A stretch of 64,000 bases of DNA from Podarcis bocagei (taxonomy: Eukaryota). The position numbers and the translations under genes were made by a program. The DNA is taken from NCBI GenBank assembly GCA_964188305.1, contig OZ076885.1. The stretch is one strand, 5' to 3'. This document shows, piece after piece, positions 62,197 to 64,000 of this stretch (the stretch's first letter is position 1; each line of letters opens with the position of its first letter). The notes under the pieces were generated by a model. The model did not search any database, was not told the DNA's origin, and saw only the letters and a list, made by a program, of their open reading frames with translations.

Positions 62197-64000
62197 TACT
62201 AATTTGTATTTAATTTCTTTTTAAAGTTACTTCCCAAGTTATTAATAAAGAGTAGAGCAGATTAAACTTTGTAAGCCAAACTCTCTTCACTTAGGTTCCC
62301 CCCCCCCTCCACCACCCCAAACTTGGTGGATTTCACATCAGATTTTGGCCTAGCCTTTCCTAATTAAACAGCTAAGGAGTTCAAGTTGATGCACAGTGGT
62401 TTGTAGTGCCTAAAGCTTTTGCAGGCCATTAGAGTTTAATTGTTCATCTCGTTTAAAATCATCTCAACTCAAAAGACATCTTGGCTGAGAATGAAATGGG
62501 TCATGAAACTATAAATAGGAGGTAAATTATATTTGCACGTTAACTGAAACGGGGGAAGGAAGGGAGATCTTCCAAGGCCAATAGACTCCATTACAATATC
62601 CCAATGGGAAAATTGGATTCCACAATTTTCATGTCATTGTGGAGTAACCAGTTGAAAAGAATTACTTATCTAAAGCACAGTGAGCAATTGTCCTAGACAT
62701 GCACTAAAGCCTGTGATTCGGAGCAATCCCAAGAGATGAAGTCACCATTGGCAAGTTCCAATTTTTTTAAAAAATAAATGTCTGCAGTTCTCAGCAATTA
62801 ATACAAATATAGACACAGCCAATGGCACTGGAATCCACAGACGATGTGTCTGTTTATTGTAGACGAAAAGAGGGGTTGGTGGAGGTGGGGAAAAGCTACA
62901 ATCGACGTTTCAGTTTAGGACTAATTGTACTTTTGTTCTTCCTGTGCTGATCAAAGCCAAAGTCCTTCCTATTTCAAATGTAAACACTGTTGGTGAGCTG
63001 ATTTCTTAAAAGCAGAGATCAGGGCAACTATTATATTTCAAAGGCTAGTTTAAAACAAAAGACCTGGCCTGGATACCGGGGCTGTGTTTGTTCAAGAGAA
63101 TAAAATGTGCATTTTGAAAGGACATTGAGTTCACTGTACATACATCTAAGCTTTGACATAATTGTCACACTTTGATTTTTCCCCCCCATTTAATTTCCCT
63201 CTGACCTTTCTTTCTTTGCACCTATATGCCTGCCAACTGAGAAAAACGCTCCATGCAACTGATGATGGGTACTTCAATACAGGAAATCTTCTGCTGTAAC
63301 AAATGTATTAGTCTTTTGAGGTAGCGTAAAAATCCTTGTTCTTTTCATGATGGCCTGCCCAATTTGAGGCAGAGTGTCTGCTCTGCATCTGATTTTCCCC
63401 ACAAGGCACCCCTAAGCATCTGGTGAACTTGTCAGAATAGAATCTGGCCTAGAAAAGCAGGCTGGCTTTCTTAAACTCATTCCCACAACCAACAACCCCT
63501 TACCTGCTTCTCTGCTCAGAAAATAGGGGGTAGTAGTGAGTGGGAATGGAGTAGTAAAGGATTTAGTTAGAAGTGGTGCATAAGCATAGGAAAAGGACCG
63601 ACCTTACCCACCACTTCATGATTGATGGGCCCTTAGCTAGTATATGGTATACATAGATGTATGCACATGTACATCCATGCATGAATTTATATAGATAACA
63701 TCTTAATGGTTTTGCACAACTGTAAAGACAGCATAGCTTTCTCTTCTCAGTACGATATGCAAAGTAGTCTGCCAAACCATGGCTGATTTTACAAGTTTGG
63801 ACCTTAGTAGCATTTCCAAATAAAAATTTTCATCTTGTGACTTGGTTCTCCATGAAATATATATTTCATTATCTATATGTAGGTTACTGGCATTCATCTT
63901 AATATTCCTTAGAACCAGATCAATGGAAGAGAAAGAAGCCATTATGTGTGCACGTATTTATTAAAATAACATAAGAAATTTGCCAATATGAGTTTTTACA

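Noticed and set aside
58700-64000. Start of the next gene (SEC22A by remembered human synteny)
   Set aside because: No CpG-island promoter or recognisable exon is visible in this stretch.

Overview
Vertebrate genomic DNA, most likely from a lacertid lizard judging by its repeats (Sauria SINE, Squam3-type SINE, BovB, squamate Penelope-like terminus). The window holds the 3' part of PDIA5 (protein disulfide isomerase A5) on the + strand. Six coding exons (18902-18972, 20173-20336, 23956-24086, 36986-37056, 53607-53741, 57057-57137) have canonical GT-AG junctions and consistent phases. They encode the CGHC and CPHC thioredoxin sites and a C-terminal KDEL. The ORF track misses these exons, and its longer ORFs mostly come from transposons. 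The introns contain many transposon insertions, several with readable target-site duplications (TSDs). The most notable structure is a 469-bp Penelope-like insertion (24552-25020, 12-bp TSD). It has four tandem 72-bp units, each carrying a minimal hammerhead ribozyme motif on the minus strand, and ends in a perfect 106-bp palindrome. Other oddities are a SINE split by a 444-bp copy of adjacent DNA, a Sauria SINE with a 71-bp flanking duplication, a solo LTR at the edge of a LINE TSD, and hAT elements with internal TIR copies. Repeat family names and comparisons to human PDIA5 come from memory, not database searches.
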